A stretch of DNA of 64,000 nucleotides from Takakia lepidozioides (GCA_030704615.1 CM060734.1:28644001-28708000), one strand, 5' to 3'; shown: positions 49,951 to 63,800, numbered from the stretch's first letter. Notes: a model not told the origin generated them from the sequence alone. Numbers and translations: made by a program.

Positions 49951-52742
49951 CTTTTACTGGGCCCACGAAGTCTAATCCCCATTTGAGGAAGCTTGGCAAT
50001 GAGGTGTGCAACGACATGATGCCACCTGCTGCCAGAGGACCCATCTGCTGGCAATGGTCACAGCTTCGACATAATATGTGGGCATCCCTAGATAGGTGGT
50101 CACCAGTATCCCATGCCGAGTATTCTTTTGGCCGTAGAATCAGGGCCCAAGTGACCTCCTGCCGATCCATCATGCATTTGCTCGAGCAAGGTCCTCGACT
50201 CCGTGCTTGTAGCGCATCTCCCTAGGACACCATCTGGTCCTAGCTTATATAATTTTTCCTCCAAAATTGTGTAAGGCAGTGCCTTAACCGCTATCCGCCT
50301 TCTCTCCTGTTTTGACATCCTCCAGGAATCGCCCCATCCTGAGGTAGTCATAGATGGGCCCTTGCCAATCCGAACTTAATACGAATAGGGCCGCATCTCG
50401 TGTATCGTCCTTCACTCCAACAGGTGGCTCGCCATTATCGACGCGAGACAAGTGATTCGCTACGAGGTGTTGCTTCCCTGGTTTGTAGCTGGCCGTGAAG
50501 GTGAATTCCATCAGGACTAGTACCCACCACGCTATTCGTCATGAAAGGACCGGGCGATTAACCAAATAGACCAAAGCTTGGTGATCCACGTAGAAGACAA
50601 TTTTTTCGCCAACAAGTAGTGACGGAGTTTCTGTACTGCATATATCATCGCCAATGCCTCTCGTTCTATGGTCGTATAGTTCCGCTCGGCTGAGTTCATT
50701 AGACGGCTTGTGTGGTAAATGGGTTGGTCAACTTCTCCGTTCTGATTCTGAGACAGAACTGCGCCTAGTGCCGTGTTGAAGGCATCCGTATGGATGTGGA
50801 ACTCTAGACTCCAGTCCGGGGTGATCAGGATTGGTGCTTCCGCCAGTGCTTCCTTCAATACTTCAAACGCTGCCTGGCATTTCATCCCATTTGTAGTGCT
50901 CTCCCTTTTTTAACAGGTGCGTCATTGGCCCCGCTTTGTTGGCGTAATGCTCGACGAACTTCCTGTAAAATCCTAATTGCACCAATAAGCCTTTAATTTC
51001 TTTGGGTTCTCGGGTGAGGGTAATTCTTGGATCACCTTGACCTTTCGTGGATAGCCTAGCAGTCCCTGCTTGCAAACTACATGTCCTAGTAATACTCCGG
51101 AGGACACACATAATGCGCACTTTTCGGGGTTTAGACTGATCCCCATTTCCCTGCAGCGCTGAAGACATTTTCTCAGGGAGCGCACGTGTCGTCCAAGTGG
51201 TTGAACACGCTAAAGTCATCTAGGAACACCTGCATGAAATCGTTAAGAAATTCTTGGAAAGTCTCTGAGACTATCTGTTGGAAGGTCGTGGGTGTGTTGC
51301 ACAACCCAAACGACATTACCCAGTATGCGTAGGCTCCCCATTCCGTAATAAAGCAGGTCTTCCCCTGGTCCTCTTCTGCAATTTTAACCTGGTTGTACCC
51401 GCTGAACCCGTCCATGAAGCTATACATATCGTGGCCCGCGATGGTCTCCAACACCTGGTCTATGAAAGGCATCCTTCATCGTTGCGTCGTTTAACTTATG
51501 ATAATCTATGCGAATCCGTAGTTTCTCATTTTTCTTGTGGACGATTACAATTGGGGACAACCACAGAGGCGTGTCTACGGGTAGATGAACCCTGCTCCAA
51601 GGAGCTTGTCCAGATCCTCTTTTACCTTCGCAGCGTAGTTCAGGTTCATGCGGTATTGGCGTTGCTTTACTGGGAAGGCGCCTTCCTCCAGTTCGATACG
51701 ATGTTGGCACAACTCTTGGGGTATCCCTTTCAAATCCTCATAAGACCATGCAAACACATCTTTATAGCCTGTCAGCAATTCTTTTGCTTGGCAGAGGAAG
51801 TCTTCCTCAATCCCCTCTGCTGATCCTGACATTACGAGGCTTCTCCTCAGTTCCCAAGTTCAAATTTTGAAGCTGATCCTCAAATTTCATTGTCCATTCT
51901 ACCACCTCGTGCCCTCGTATGGTCTCCTGTGTCGGCGGGGGGGGGGGCTACTACTTTGGCCATACCGTCTTGTTCTTCGTAGAATGGTACTGGGTCCGGT
52001 TGGACGAACTCTCCTTCATTCGTGGGCTGCGCTCGTTGGCAGCCTATGTGATACTGCCTTCCCACCTCTAGCAGTGAAATCTTTGTGATAGACCATAGCT
52101 CAAGTAATGCCTCGAACAGGGCCTCCTCTTCTTCGTCGGAGAGGGCCGTGCTGGGGTCGTATAGTACTGCGTACAGTGGCCTTTCCGAGGCTGGAATTCT
52201 GGCCTGGCGAGTTCGTCCTAGTAGCAGAGGGTGTCCCTCTACCCTCCCCCCCATTTTCAGCACTGTCACGGAGATGTCGAATTGCTCACATGCGAGCAAG
52301 ATCGGCACCCAGTGCAGCACCCAACTGGCCGGATTCAACTATCATCGGCCATCTTTACGTGAAACGGGATAGGTTGTGGTTGAGGCAAGCCTAATTGTCT
52401 TCATAGCGCTTCTGCCATAATGTTAATACCTGTGCCCCCATCCAGTAGTACATTTGGTACCTTGATTTTCCCGATTGTAACCTGGACTACAGGCATTACG
52501 TCTTCCAGTGTATCGGCTGCAACCGACGAAGCAGGTACCCCCCGCGCGCTCTCCTGGTACGTGGTTGCTTCATGACTTGAGTATGTCCGTTGAAAGTCCA
52601 AGGTTCGTATGTGACAGGGCCCTTTCCCTTCTACCTGTCACCTTCTTCTACCTCGTCTAGATACGTTTGCACATCCCTTTGTAGCTGAGGCGATATCTGT
52701 AGTAGCTCGCCCAAGGTGATTTCTACCTTGCCGTCCATCACC
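49950..52742 (-). pseudogene. degraded Ty3/Gypsy pol (a third family)
   Basis: VLLDGGTGINIM (PR), FMDGFSGYNQ and FLDDF (RT), HTDAFNTALGAVL (RNase H), H..GGH...CDHCQ...WGLDFVGP (truncated INT). Confidence 0.88.
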
Positions 52743-52744
52743 TT

Positions 52745-55310
52745 CATAGCCAACTGTTGGGGTTCCATCGCGGATTGTTGGCACTTTCTGTCCAGCTCGT
52801 ACCCTGGTGGACAATCAGGATGGTGTGTTTCAGTTGGGTGGCCCAGCCGGGAGGAGGTTTAGGCCACTGCGGGTCTTGTTGGACTCGGGAGCACAACCAT
52901 TGATGTTGGGGAGAGCAGCAATTGTAGGCTTGGGCCTTACGGAGGCGGATTTGGAGCCTTGCCCTTTCCAAATTCAAACATCTTTGGGTGGTTCAGAGAA
53001 GGCGCGAGGGATTACACGCCATGAGCTCTTCATTCGATTGCAGCCGGATCATCCTACGGACGGCTCAGTCTTGAGAGCTAAAGCCATTGTTACGGACGCA
53101 ATGTCTTATGATGTGCTGGTTGGTGGGGCTGTGTTGTACCCCATGGGATTTACTTTGGACTTTTGGGAGGAAACGACATCCTACAGGCCGGAGTGGCAGT
53201 CAGGAGATGGCTGACGTGCACTGCTCCCAATGCGGTTTATTGGGAATGTAGCGGTGGATCATAGGAACATGATGCCTACATTGGCTGCATTCTCAGGGGT
53301 GGTGGCTTGGGGTGGTGAGCTCTTGGAGGGCAATAGCCATGCAGATGATAAGCCATCACCTGATGGGGACAAACAATTGGCATACCAGGCTGATTTGCTT
53401 CCTCATGTGACTGTGCATATTCCACTGTAGGGTACGGTTGGGAATTTGCATCGAGTAGTAGACGAGTGTGTGCACCAAGCATGGCAGGAGGCCTTTCCAT
53501 TGATGAGTGAGGGGAGTTTAGTGACATCACCTGGACCTCCCGAGTTAGCTCTTTTGGACACAATGCGCATTACCTAACAACCATCTGACTCAGGGATTTG
53601 TTTGCTAGATCCGTTTGGAGGCATGAGCACTGGGCTTGCAGGAGTGTTGCAAGCAAGGATTAAAGTACGCAAGTACTTGTATGTGGAGAAGGATGAGATA
53701 GCTCGGCGTATTTCTATGCGCCACATTGCCTTGCTCACACACCGGTATCCTAAGTTGTTGCCTCTATCAGCAATTCAACGGTATCAAAAGACCTTGCCAT
53801 CAGACATTACTTTGCTGGGTGCGGATGATTTGGAGCGGCATGGATCCATTGACTTGGTGATAGCGGGATGGCCTTGCCAAGGACACTCTCCCGCAGGTCA
53901 TGGAAATGGCTTGCATAATGCACGATCGCATTTGTTTTGGGAGATGTTGCAAGCGTTGCGGGACTTGCAGACGAGGCAAGTGCAACCTCTAGGCTATATC
54001 TTGGAGAATGTTCCTCTTATGGGGGATTCTCGGGCCAAGGTTATGGCCAGTGTGCATCAGGTGCGGTCTTGGATTGGATCGGCGGTGCTATTGGATGCAG
54101 CAGCGGTGGGATCACGCGCGCATCGACCTCGATTGCGGTGGACCAATCTTGCACCACCAGAGCTGCTCAAGAGAGCATACGATTCCATTCAACGGCCACC
54201 CAATCTCACGGTTGAGGGCATTTTGGACCAAGGGAGACAACCACAAAGGGTGCGACATGATGACCGTCCACCTCTAGCAGTGGTCAATCGAGTGGGGCAG
54301 CCACGTGCGGCCTTGCCTACGCTCATGAGCTTTCCCTCGTCTCATGCTTTTCGAGACAATGGTCCTGGATTGATTTGGGTCAGTGTGCTACAGCAATTGG
54401 TGGAGCCCAATGCGGATGAGCGAGAGTGGGCAATGGGTTTTACCGCGGGCACTACAGATGTGCCAGCTCTGTCAGAGATCACGCCGCCAAATGTTGGGTC
54501 AAGCAATGGATCTAAATTGCTTGACATGGATAATTGGCTTGTGCATGGCTGAGCAACGGAGATTGCAAGCATTGGTGGCTACTTTTGCACTCCCATTGGA
54601 TAGTGTATCCTCCCTGCCAACCGGGACAGTTGAGGCAGTGAGTGGGGGCGAGCACAGGATCGTGGGTTGCAAACACCCATGGCAGATGTGGGATGAGATG
54701 CGCAAAGAGAAAGTCATTGGATCTCTCAAGCAGCACTATGAGGAGTGGGGAGAGCCATGGACTGAGGATTAGTTGGAGGCCAAGGTGACCAAGGTTTTTG
54801 AAGAGGTTGAGAATATTTCTTGCTCAGAGGATGTTCTCAAGGTGGCTATGGTGGAGCAAGTGGAGACTACGCCACAGTCAGATCGGGTGGACAAGGCCCA
54901 AGAGGTTGCTATCTAGCAACCAAAGGATTCGTCTCCTACCTCCAAGCCTGGTGTACCCAAGGTTGCAGTCACTGAGGACAATTGGGAACCAGATGTTGGA
55001 CCTACAGTCACCGGAGGAGAGAGACGGAGGATCCAGCGATTTCTAAGGGCTTATAGAAACTGCTTTGCCTTCAGTTTGAAGGATTTGGGGAGTTTGAAAG
55101 GTCAAGAGATTCGTATTGATTTGGCAAGTGACACGCCAATCTTTCGAAGGCCCTACCGGTATAGTGACATGGAGAGGTCATTGATCCACTCACAGACTAT
55201 GGAGTTGTTCAAAGTTGGATTGGTTGAGTTGTCAGGCGGGGAGTATGCCTCGGCAACGGTGATACCAGCTAAGAAGGATATCTATGGCAATTGGACAAAA
55301 AGAAGGATGT
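52745..55310 (+). mobile_element. Gypsy pol fragment with protease - C5 DNA methyltransferase - RT order
   Basis: VLLDSGAQP (PR, 52807 onward), DNMT 53602-54560, PIFRRPYRYS...AKKDIYGNWTKRRM (RT start, 55076 onward), all on one strand. Confidence 0.85.
53602..54560 (+). pseudogene. C5 cytosine DNA methyltransferase domain (DNMT3-like)
   Basis: Motif I DPFGGMSTG, II YVEKD, IV AGWPCQG (catalytic Cys), VI ILENV, VIII RAHRPRLRWTN, IX/X EREWAMGF...RRQMLGQAM (frameshift near 54480). Confidence 0.9.
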
Positions 55311-55577
55311 TTTAAACATTGCGAGTGTGTTCGACATACCTTGTCATAAGCTCCTCTCAAGTATCAGGTCAACCAAAATTGGTTCATATGGTGAACTCAT
55401 AATTCCCCGGTGACATGATTTTGGATTGCTTTTAAACATTGCGAGTGTGTTTGACACACCTTATCAGAGAGACCTGTCGAGTATCAGGTCAATCAAAATT
55501 TATTGAAAGGGTGAACCCATCGTTCGCTGTTCGAGTGATTTTTGATTGCTTTCAATCTTTGCAAGTGTGTTGGACAG
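55311..55577. repeat. 120-bp tandem repeat, inverted relative to 8905-9185
   Basis: AAACATTGCGAGTGTGTT at 55314 and 55434. Confidence 0.85.
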
Positions 55578-55589
55578 AGAAAGATGACT

Positions 55590-57491
55590 CTGGCAAAAAG
55601 CCGGCGTAACTAAGAGCCACTTCACCTTGCGGCTACTGCGCCCTGTCGAGGGTGGGCCCTATAAGTGTAAAAGGTGTCCTATGGGACACCGAGCATCCGG
55701 GGGTTGGTGGTATCTATATAACCCGAGGGTACCCAGGGGGTACCCTGGGGTTCCTAGGGTGCCTGCGTAGGGGTAGATTCCAGTTGTCGTTTGTTGGTGA
55801 TGATAGCTGTGAGGGAGCGTAGGGCTGTGAGATGAATGACTTTGAAGCATTTGTGGATAGGAGGAATGGGGATATTGAAGTTATCGTGTAGGGCGGCGAT
55901 GCTGGCATTGTGGATGCCACCGCGGGTCCCGGCAGTGATGACAGTGAGAGGGCCAGTGGACCAACCTCGACGGCAAAGTGCAAGGATGAGGGGGGCGTAT
56001 TTTTGCCGTTTTTCTAGAGTGGAATCATGCGGGTAGCGGTCATGTCAGTATGTTAATTTGATGAAGTGAATGGTGAGTAGTGAGGATGGTGCAGTGGGGG
56101 GCAGGGCAGTAGTGGGGAGGCCTTGAACCAGTACAATGTCTGGGCATAGTCGTGTTGGACAAGTGTATGGTGACCGGGAGCACAAACATGGCAGTAGCCA
56201 TGGTAGTACAGTATGATCGGGGGGCCTTCCTTGGTAAGTGCCAGCATTGATGAGGGAGAACCAGCGAGTTTCGGCATGGCTTAGGAGAAGTTTATGGATA
56301 TGCCACACCACGTGGTTGTGGCGGGCGATGTGGAGGCCGTGGATGACTGGGTGGGAGCATTGGCTAAGGAGGCGTGGCTAGGTGTCACGTGCATGCTAGG
56401 TGTTTAAGCATAGCGGGCAGAGCGGGGATGGGAACAGGTGGGGCCAAAAAATGTGTTAACGATGGTGTCCCATGTATTGTGCGTATCGAAATTTAAGTGT
56501 TTGTCGTATTTGGGCATCTGTCACGGTTTTGGTGTGCCAGAAGTGGTTAGATAGTTTGTGGTGTAGAACTATGGAGTGAGTCCATTTTTTGATGTGTACT
56601 TTGGTGTGGCTGATGGAGGCCCTAGCTTGTTTGTTAGCTTCGCGGATGAGTGTTTTCATAAGATTTTGGATAGGTTTGGGTGTAGGAGGGTCCGGGATTG
56701 GGTGTATGAACCAAAAAGGGTATGTGTGGGCAATGTGGATGGGGTCGTTTGTGGGTAGTGCTGGGGGTTGAGAGGCCCCAGTTTGAGCGAGGAGATCTGC
56801 CGCCTCATTGCCCTAGATGCCTGTGTGTGACCTGACTTTGAGAAAGTGGATAGGGTGGCTTTTGGAGATAGCAATGTTGACAATGCCTGTAATGAGGGTG
56901 CGATCTGGGTGGTGGTGATGTGAGGACGGGCGGGCGATGTGGTTCCGGATAAGAAAGAGTGAGTTGAGGCTGTCAGTGAAGATGTAGTACGACGAAGGAA
57001 ATGCATCTAATAGGGAGAGAGCTTCAAAGATGTCCATGAGTTCGGCACGTAGGGTTAGGGTGGATTCTTTTTGTCGGAGATATTTCGGGAAGGGGGGGGT
57101 ATGCGCGTATTTAAGCTGGTTTGGTTCGATTGTGGCACCGTGTGGTAGGCGCATGAGAGGGTGGGAGTCATTAGGTAGTTGTTGTTGGGTGAGTATGAGG
57201 ATGGTGAGGTTATGGGGAGAAGAGTGAGCAGCAAACCGTGCCCATTGGAGGGCTTCGTGGGTGGGGGTGCCAGGAGTGGGGTGGGCAAGGCCCTTGCCAA
57301 TCCAAGTGTGTTGTGTGGCGAGACCTGTGGCACCAAAGGCAGTCTCAAGGGTGGGGGCTATTGAAAGTAGCTAGCTCCATAGGGGCATGTGAGCGGGCTA
57401 GAGTAGTATGAATGGGTAAGGTGGAACGAGCAAATGAGGAGGGAGAGGATGTCTTTGGGTATGGTGCTGTGGGCGCATGCAGCTTGGAGTC
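55590..57491 (-). mobile_element. non-LTR retrotransposon 3' fragment: RNase H, CCHC finger and restriction-like endonuclease
   Basis: RAEL..IFTDSLNS..KVRSHTGI*GNEAAD (RNase H); CPLC...LLSQC...RHN; PDIVLV...FIKLTY...KRQKYAPL (RLE); several stops. Confidence 0.78.
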
Positions 57492-58519
57492 CAGGGATGC
57501 CTCGGCGTGAGCCTGGTCACGTGAGCGCGTGAGCGCAACTGCGCTCACGCCACGTCACCTTGCGCAAATGCCACGTCACGGGGCTCACTCCACGTTATCA
57601 CACGTGAAGGCCGCGTCACCACGCGCCCAGAAAGAAGTGGAGTGTATTCCCGCGGATTGGCACCCTTTACCGCGGAAACAAGCTGGACTACATAATAAAA
57701 TGCATTGAATAAAGATGGATGAATGTACAGTTGGATGATAAACAGATGGATGAGTGTGAAAAATGAATGTAGATGGATGAATGAGGGATGGATAAGAGTA
57801 AAATGGATGAATGTATAATGGATGTTGAGCAATGACAAAAATTCATGACAGGAAGATGCATGACCAAATCTTTTGACGAATGCACAACGTATATGAAATG
57901 AGTGTGGAAGGTTTGTGGGGTGGATTAAAGAGTACAGAGGATGAATGTACAATGGATGTTGTACAAAGGAAAAAATTCATGAATGGAGCACGCATGAATA
58001 CAGTGTAGATGAATGCACAATGGATATGAGAAGAGTCAGGGAGGTTTGTGAGATGGATTCATACATATTGCAATTTAAACGAAAGTTGATTCTGTGATTA
58101 TTATTTGTTCTAAAGGAACAACTACGGTGGAGGAAGGGGATTCAACGTTTTCCAGATAATATGAAAATGAATATTAAAAGAATACAGTTCAGTCTGACTC
58201 AGAGTCAGTACAATGTATCCCCGCTTTCTCTGCATCTAAGTCTAAGTATTTTAGAACACCGGATCCACGCTGGATACACCTACGGCTGGCCACTAAAAAG
58301 TCAGGGGATAGGGACTCGGCCGCGTGAAGTGCCATTGCTTCGGCATAAACAGGAAGCAGAAAATTGGAAAGGGGGCTGTCGAAAACAGACTCGCCAGAAA
58401 TGACTGTATCTCCTGAAGATCCACCGCTGCCTTTCCTGAAAGACAGCCTGAAAAAGTTATTACTGTAACTTTGATGTTATTGAGAAATTGAGTATGACTC
58501 CCAAAGAGGGTTTAGCACT

Positions 58520-60381
58520 TACTCACATGAAAAGTCGTTGTCGACCTGCTTATCTTCGGGATCGTCATCATTTCAAATTTGAATCCGATCAGTCTGTGTG
58601 CCTGAAGTGGAGCCAGACAAAAGGGGGAGGAGCACTGTGTTGTAGAGGTCAGAATCACCCTCCATGCCAAAAAGGCTTCTTCCGCCTGCCTTGCATGCAT
58701 GGTAAGTTGCTCCTGCACCAGACAGGAGAACATGAACAGTTTGGAGGGGGGGATTTAAGCAGATGAAACTGTTGAAAGGAAACCAATTCGGAAGGGAAAA
58801 AAACGAACCTGTGGACACAGAAAGATCGACCACCCGTCCAGAGCAGTGGCTGCATTTTGCATGAACGCTGGTGACTTTTCCTTTGCACCTCTCCAGGGAG
58901 TGCCATCTGGTCTCTTCAGAGTCTGACTGGACTGCATGAAGTTGTACAAAATGTCATCGACATGGGGCTCATAGGGGGGGTTGACGAAACAACCCTGGTC
59001 AGAAATCTCAAAGCTGCGGATGGAGGATGGTGTCTTTGAGGTGCGAATCCTCCGCAGGCAGATCGCCTCGAACATCCTCGTCTGCCAAAGATAGCAGGTT
59101 AGTGTGGTAAACACAATCTATAGTGGAAGTGTGTACATCGGCTATTCAGAACTCAGACACCAAAAAATCATGAATCGGTGATGATCGGTGTCGATCATAA
59201 CACATTCTACTAGAGTGGAGGTGCAGAGAAAATTGAAACTCATGATCAAAGCACAAGCAGAAGGTAGACGGCATACCAGCTGACCAGGGAAACCCCCTTT
59301 CACAAGGTAGAGGCTGTTCACACAATTCCATGTGCGCAAAACTTCAAACCCTGAAGACTTGAGGTATGATGCCAATGCCCCGACGACTATCATTGTCACA
59401 TGACTGAAAAAGCAGAAGTGTCCCTGCATCAGAGAGGAAGTTGTTACAGAACCCGAACACCCAACTCCAGTAGTTGTCCTCGAATTTGTTCCAGCCTGGC
59501 GTCTTGCCCTTTGGAAGAACTTCTGGCACAGCCTGGCCATCCGGGATGTCGAGAATGACAATGTCGGCCGCATAAGTTTTCTGCACACCGCACACGAAGG
59601 TGGGACCTGTGCTCACCTGCAACAGACATGTTTTTTATAAGAACGATGGCAAGATTGTTTTCAAAGAACGAGACTGAAATACTGCCAACGAAACTTTCAG
59701 AGAAAAAGGAAAGAAACTGGATTTCTCACCAGATTGAGGAATGAGATTATATTGTCCCAGGTAGGGGATGGTACCCCAGTGTATCCTCTCTTTCGACTCT
59801 GCATCATCGAAAGCCAACCCTCATTAACAATTTTCATCTCTCCTGCTGAATCAGAACGGGAAGGGTGTGGCTTGGCATCGAACACGCACTGAAGAGTGCG
59901 GGTATATCTTCCAGCAGTAAAGTCCTGCCCACTCTCCATCTCCTTTTCATTCTCCTTCCCCTTGTCCTTTTCCTTCTCTTTGGACTTGTCTTTGTCCTTT
60001 GGCTTTGCTGGTGAGATGGCTATGACATCAACAGCCTTGTCTTTTGGTTTGCGGCCCGCCTTCTTTCCCTTCTGCGGCGTTCCCTAAGCATCAGGCTCCT
60101 TGGCAGCCAATGTTGCTATGTTTCGTTGATACTCTTCATCAGTCAAAGGCGCCAGCATCTCAGCGTTATTCTTCAAGTATTTCATATGATGTTCTTGAAA
60201 GGTCGTGTGCTCAGGTGGGTAGTCAAGGTACCACCCACAGTCTCTGAAGTGAGAAGGACTCCAGTCCTTCAATATCCCTGCAGTATACATGGTTGGATCG
60301 TTTGCAGGGTCCGACCACATGTCAAGATAGTCGGGAATTCCGCTCAGGTGATTTCCTTCCATAAGCATATATTTCGTGTAC
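58520..60381 (-). pseudogene. third, diverged copy of the amino-MTase-like gene (3' exons)
   Basis: YTKYMLMEG...HFRDCGWYLD; DIVILDIPDG...WNKFEDNYW; PWRGAKEKSPAF; VVDLSVSTG|ATYHAC..GRSLFGMEGD. Confidence 0.78.
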
Positions 60382-60523
60382 CTGAAAAAAGGAGATAAAT
60401 CCCAACCCACCAAAGCGCTCAGTGAGTAAGATGCAAGTAGAACAGAATGAAAAAAACATAGATTGAAATGGCTCTGAGAACTGCTCCAAGGACCTTTCAG
60501 GACCACACTACTGCTTCAGATAT

Positions 60524-60810
60524 GAATGTCGTCAACGCCATTCAGAACATTCCATTCAATGATACTGTAAATACACCATAATCCAGGTGAATGCAAATTA
60601 TCGTTTAGGAATGACACAGACATAGAAGTGAATGTCGTCAACGACATTCACTAATGAAGCCAAATTATTACTTAAATGAAGCAAAATCACAGGATGGAAA
60701 TCAAAAAATCGAGTAAGGAACCCTCCAGGAAAACTCAATGCACATTCATAACGAACATATCACTGAGGACCTCACAACATCACTGTATGTGAATGGCGTC
60801 AACGCCATTC
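60524..60810. repeat. three copies of the near-palindrome GAATGKCGTCAACGMCATTC
   Basis: Starts at 60524, 60630 and 60791, in the intron upstream of the YTKYML exon. Confidence 0.85.
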
Positions 60811-60895
60811 AGAAAAATACCAAAAAGAAACCAATTACTTAGCTCCCAATCCATGTAAATTCAATTTGTCGCTGTTGAATAGTACAGACACAGCA

Positions 60896-63800
60896 TGTCG
60901 CGGCCCTTTGCCTTGAGGGCAGGGGGTCGGGACACATGAGGGGCTGCCCCTGTGGTGGGGGCAGCGGCAGCGATAGGTATGGGGGGCTGAAGCACCCTTG
61001 AGTGCCCAAGGCACTGAAGGAGGCGGAGGCGCTGCCCCGCACACCGGGTTGCGGTGGGGGTGGCTCCACAAGGGGTGGTGGTAGCTTAGCGGGACTTAGT
61101 GGGGGTGGCATAGGACTCACCATGGGGGCGGAGACCTCGTGGTGGGAGTCGTGGGGAGTCTTGGGACTCAGCACGGTCCATAGGGGCCGTGGTGAGTGGG
61201 CCAAGACTCACCGCGACTCATCACCGGGAGTCGAGGGTTTTCGTGGTGGTTCGCCATAAAATGGCATGGCTGGTTATGAAACCCCCGCGGACAGCTACAG
61301 AAGTATATATAGGGAGTAGTAACCCCGAGAACGGTGCAAGCCCGTTGGTGACCAAAAACTAGTGAGTAAGCGAGCGAGCCGGAAAGCGACCAAAGAGTGG
61401 GGAGTTGTTCCGGACTGCCATCTACCAAAGGGAATTCTCCTAGTCCCAAATAGGTGGAGGGTTTAGAGGAAGCGAAGGGGGACCGTTATGTCCCGGTGAG
61501 CAGCCGAAGCTCCAAGTTGGCCGGGCGGCCAGGTTGGGAGTCAGGCGCGCGCATCAAAACGAGTAACTATGACTTGAAGGGGAGCTTACCAAATTGAGGT
61601 GCGCGACACTTGGTATCAGAGCTTAGAGTTCAGTACGCGATCGTCCTTGGGATTGGCCTCATCAAGGGGTCGGGCAAGCCGAAGCGAAAGCGGAACGGCC
61701 CAAAAGATGATGATCCCGGTGAGCCCGATGGGGCGGCGTGTCACCGAGGCGGCCATTTGAGGAAGCGATTCATGTTTCCGAAAACGAGGCTGCCCAAGAG
61801 CGGGAGGAATCCGAGGAGTTGGAGCCCGAGGAATCCTTGAGAGCTCCGACAAACCAAGAGATGCCTCCCATGCCGGCAGCCTTTTGGGAAGGGTTGTTGG
61901 CGCAGTTTGGCGGGACGTTGAAAGACGTGTTGAAGGCGGCTAATGCCACTTCCGCTAAGGCAAAGTTTAAGGTGAAGCCTAAGGAACCCGACACCTTCGA
62001 GGGCGTCCGAAATCGGAAGGCACTCAACACCAGGCTCTTGGAGCTAGAGCAGTACTTCCGGGCGGCCAAGTTGAGTGACGAGGATCGGGTGGAAGTGGCT
62101 CCCACCTATTTGAGGGGCTATGCTCAACAATGGTGGCAGAAACGCCTTCACGACGAGGTCCAAGTCCGGAAACCTTGAACTGGAGTGGGTTCAAGGAATT
62201 GATGAAGAGACAGTTTGTGCCCCTCAACGCGTCCTGGCTTGCCCAGGACAAGATGAGGAATTTGAAGCAAACAGATGACATTCGGGGGTATGTCCAGGCT
62301 TTCAATGTGCTGTTGCTCGAAGTCGCGGACATGGCAGAACCAGAAATGGTCTTCAACTTTGTGGCGAGACTGGACCCATGGGCCAGGCGGAAGTTGGAGG
62401 AGAAGCCACCCAAGACTTTGAACGAGGCAATTGAGAGGGCTGAATGTTTCTCGGATGTCCCTAGGGGTGAGAGACAAGGCCGTACGGAGCTGAACCACAA
62501 GAAGACCCGGCGGGAAGGTGACTCCTTCCGACCGGAAAGAAGTGGGATAGGCCACGCGGCGATAATGGCACGTGGAAATCGAAGGGATGGCCTTCACACG
62601 TCAAGGCGGCACCCGGTGCTTTGAAAGGAAAAGCGGGTGGAGCGGCTTATGGCGGACAGAAGGCAACCTTTGATGGAGTGTGTTTCAATTGCGGGGAGCC
62701 CGGGCACATGGCCAAGAAGTGCACAAAACCTCGACAATTGAACATGACTCGGGCAACCACGGAGCTGTCGGAAGATACATCAGTCGCTTGGTGGAAGCGG
62801 TGGTCGCCAGACTTGCAAGGTAGGCAACTATTCTTGTGAGTTGTATCAGGAAACTGGCGCCCTGCGTAAAGGGAGTCAGTTATTGTTCGTGGATGGGATA
62901 ATATCCGGAACTAACGTGTCGTTGTTGGTGGACACAGGAGCGTCGCACTCCTTCATGATGCCGGCGGCGGCGCGAAAGTTGGGACTCCCGACAAGTGACG
63001 TGGGGGCCTCTATTGAGGTGCGCTCTGCCAAAGGAGAACCTCAGTTGGCGACAAGGTTGGCGTTTGATGTTCCTCTTCAACTGGGGAGTTGGGAGGGACG
63101 TGAGAACTTCACTATCTGCGAGATCGATGGAGTGGATCTCATTTTGGGGATGACCTTTTTGAGCAAATCCGGAGCGGTCATAGATGGCCGCAAGAGAGTA
63201 GTCACGCTGCCATGTGGGATGGTGGCGAGGTTTACGAGTGTCGGAAACGCCCAAATCCGTGGGAGGGCGAATAAACCTTCTGTCAGCAAAGGAGTGGGCC
63301 GTGGAGGAGGCACACGAGTCCCAGTTTTTGCTTTACATTAGAGAAGTGAAAGGAGAAGGCGATGGGGAGCCGAGCCCAGATTGAATCAAGGGGATTTTGG
63401 AGAAATACCAGGATGTGATGCCGGAGGATTTACCAAGCGGCTTGCCACCGCGAAGAGGAGTTGACCACAAGATTGAGGTGATACCGGGATCGGAACCGCC
63501 TGCCAAGGCGCCCTACCGGTTGAGCCACGGAGAGTTGGTCGAGCTGAAGACTCAGCTCAAGGATCTAATGTCAAAGGGGTACATCCGGCCGAGTAAGTCA
63601 CCTTACGGAGCCCCGGTGCTATTCGCAGACAAGAAGGATGGGACGCTGCGGATGTGTGTCGATTACAGGGCTTTGAATAAGGTGACTATTAAAAACCGGT
63701 ACCCTTTGCCAAGGATCGACGACCTTTTCGACCGGTTGGCAGGAGCGAAGTATTTCAGCCGGATCGACTTGCGCTCCGGCTATCATCAAATTCGGGTGGC

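Larger units (their letters stand above)
57492..60895. mobile_element. MULE copy C (divergent, partial; interrupted by a Gypsy at 60896)
   Basis: End CAGGGATGCCTCGGCGTGAGC plus GTGAGC repeats resembles the 1.3-kb MULE ends; carries an MTase homologue; the other end is not in the window. Confidence 0.65.
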
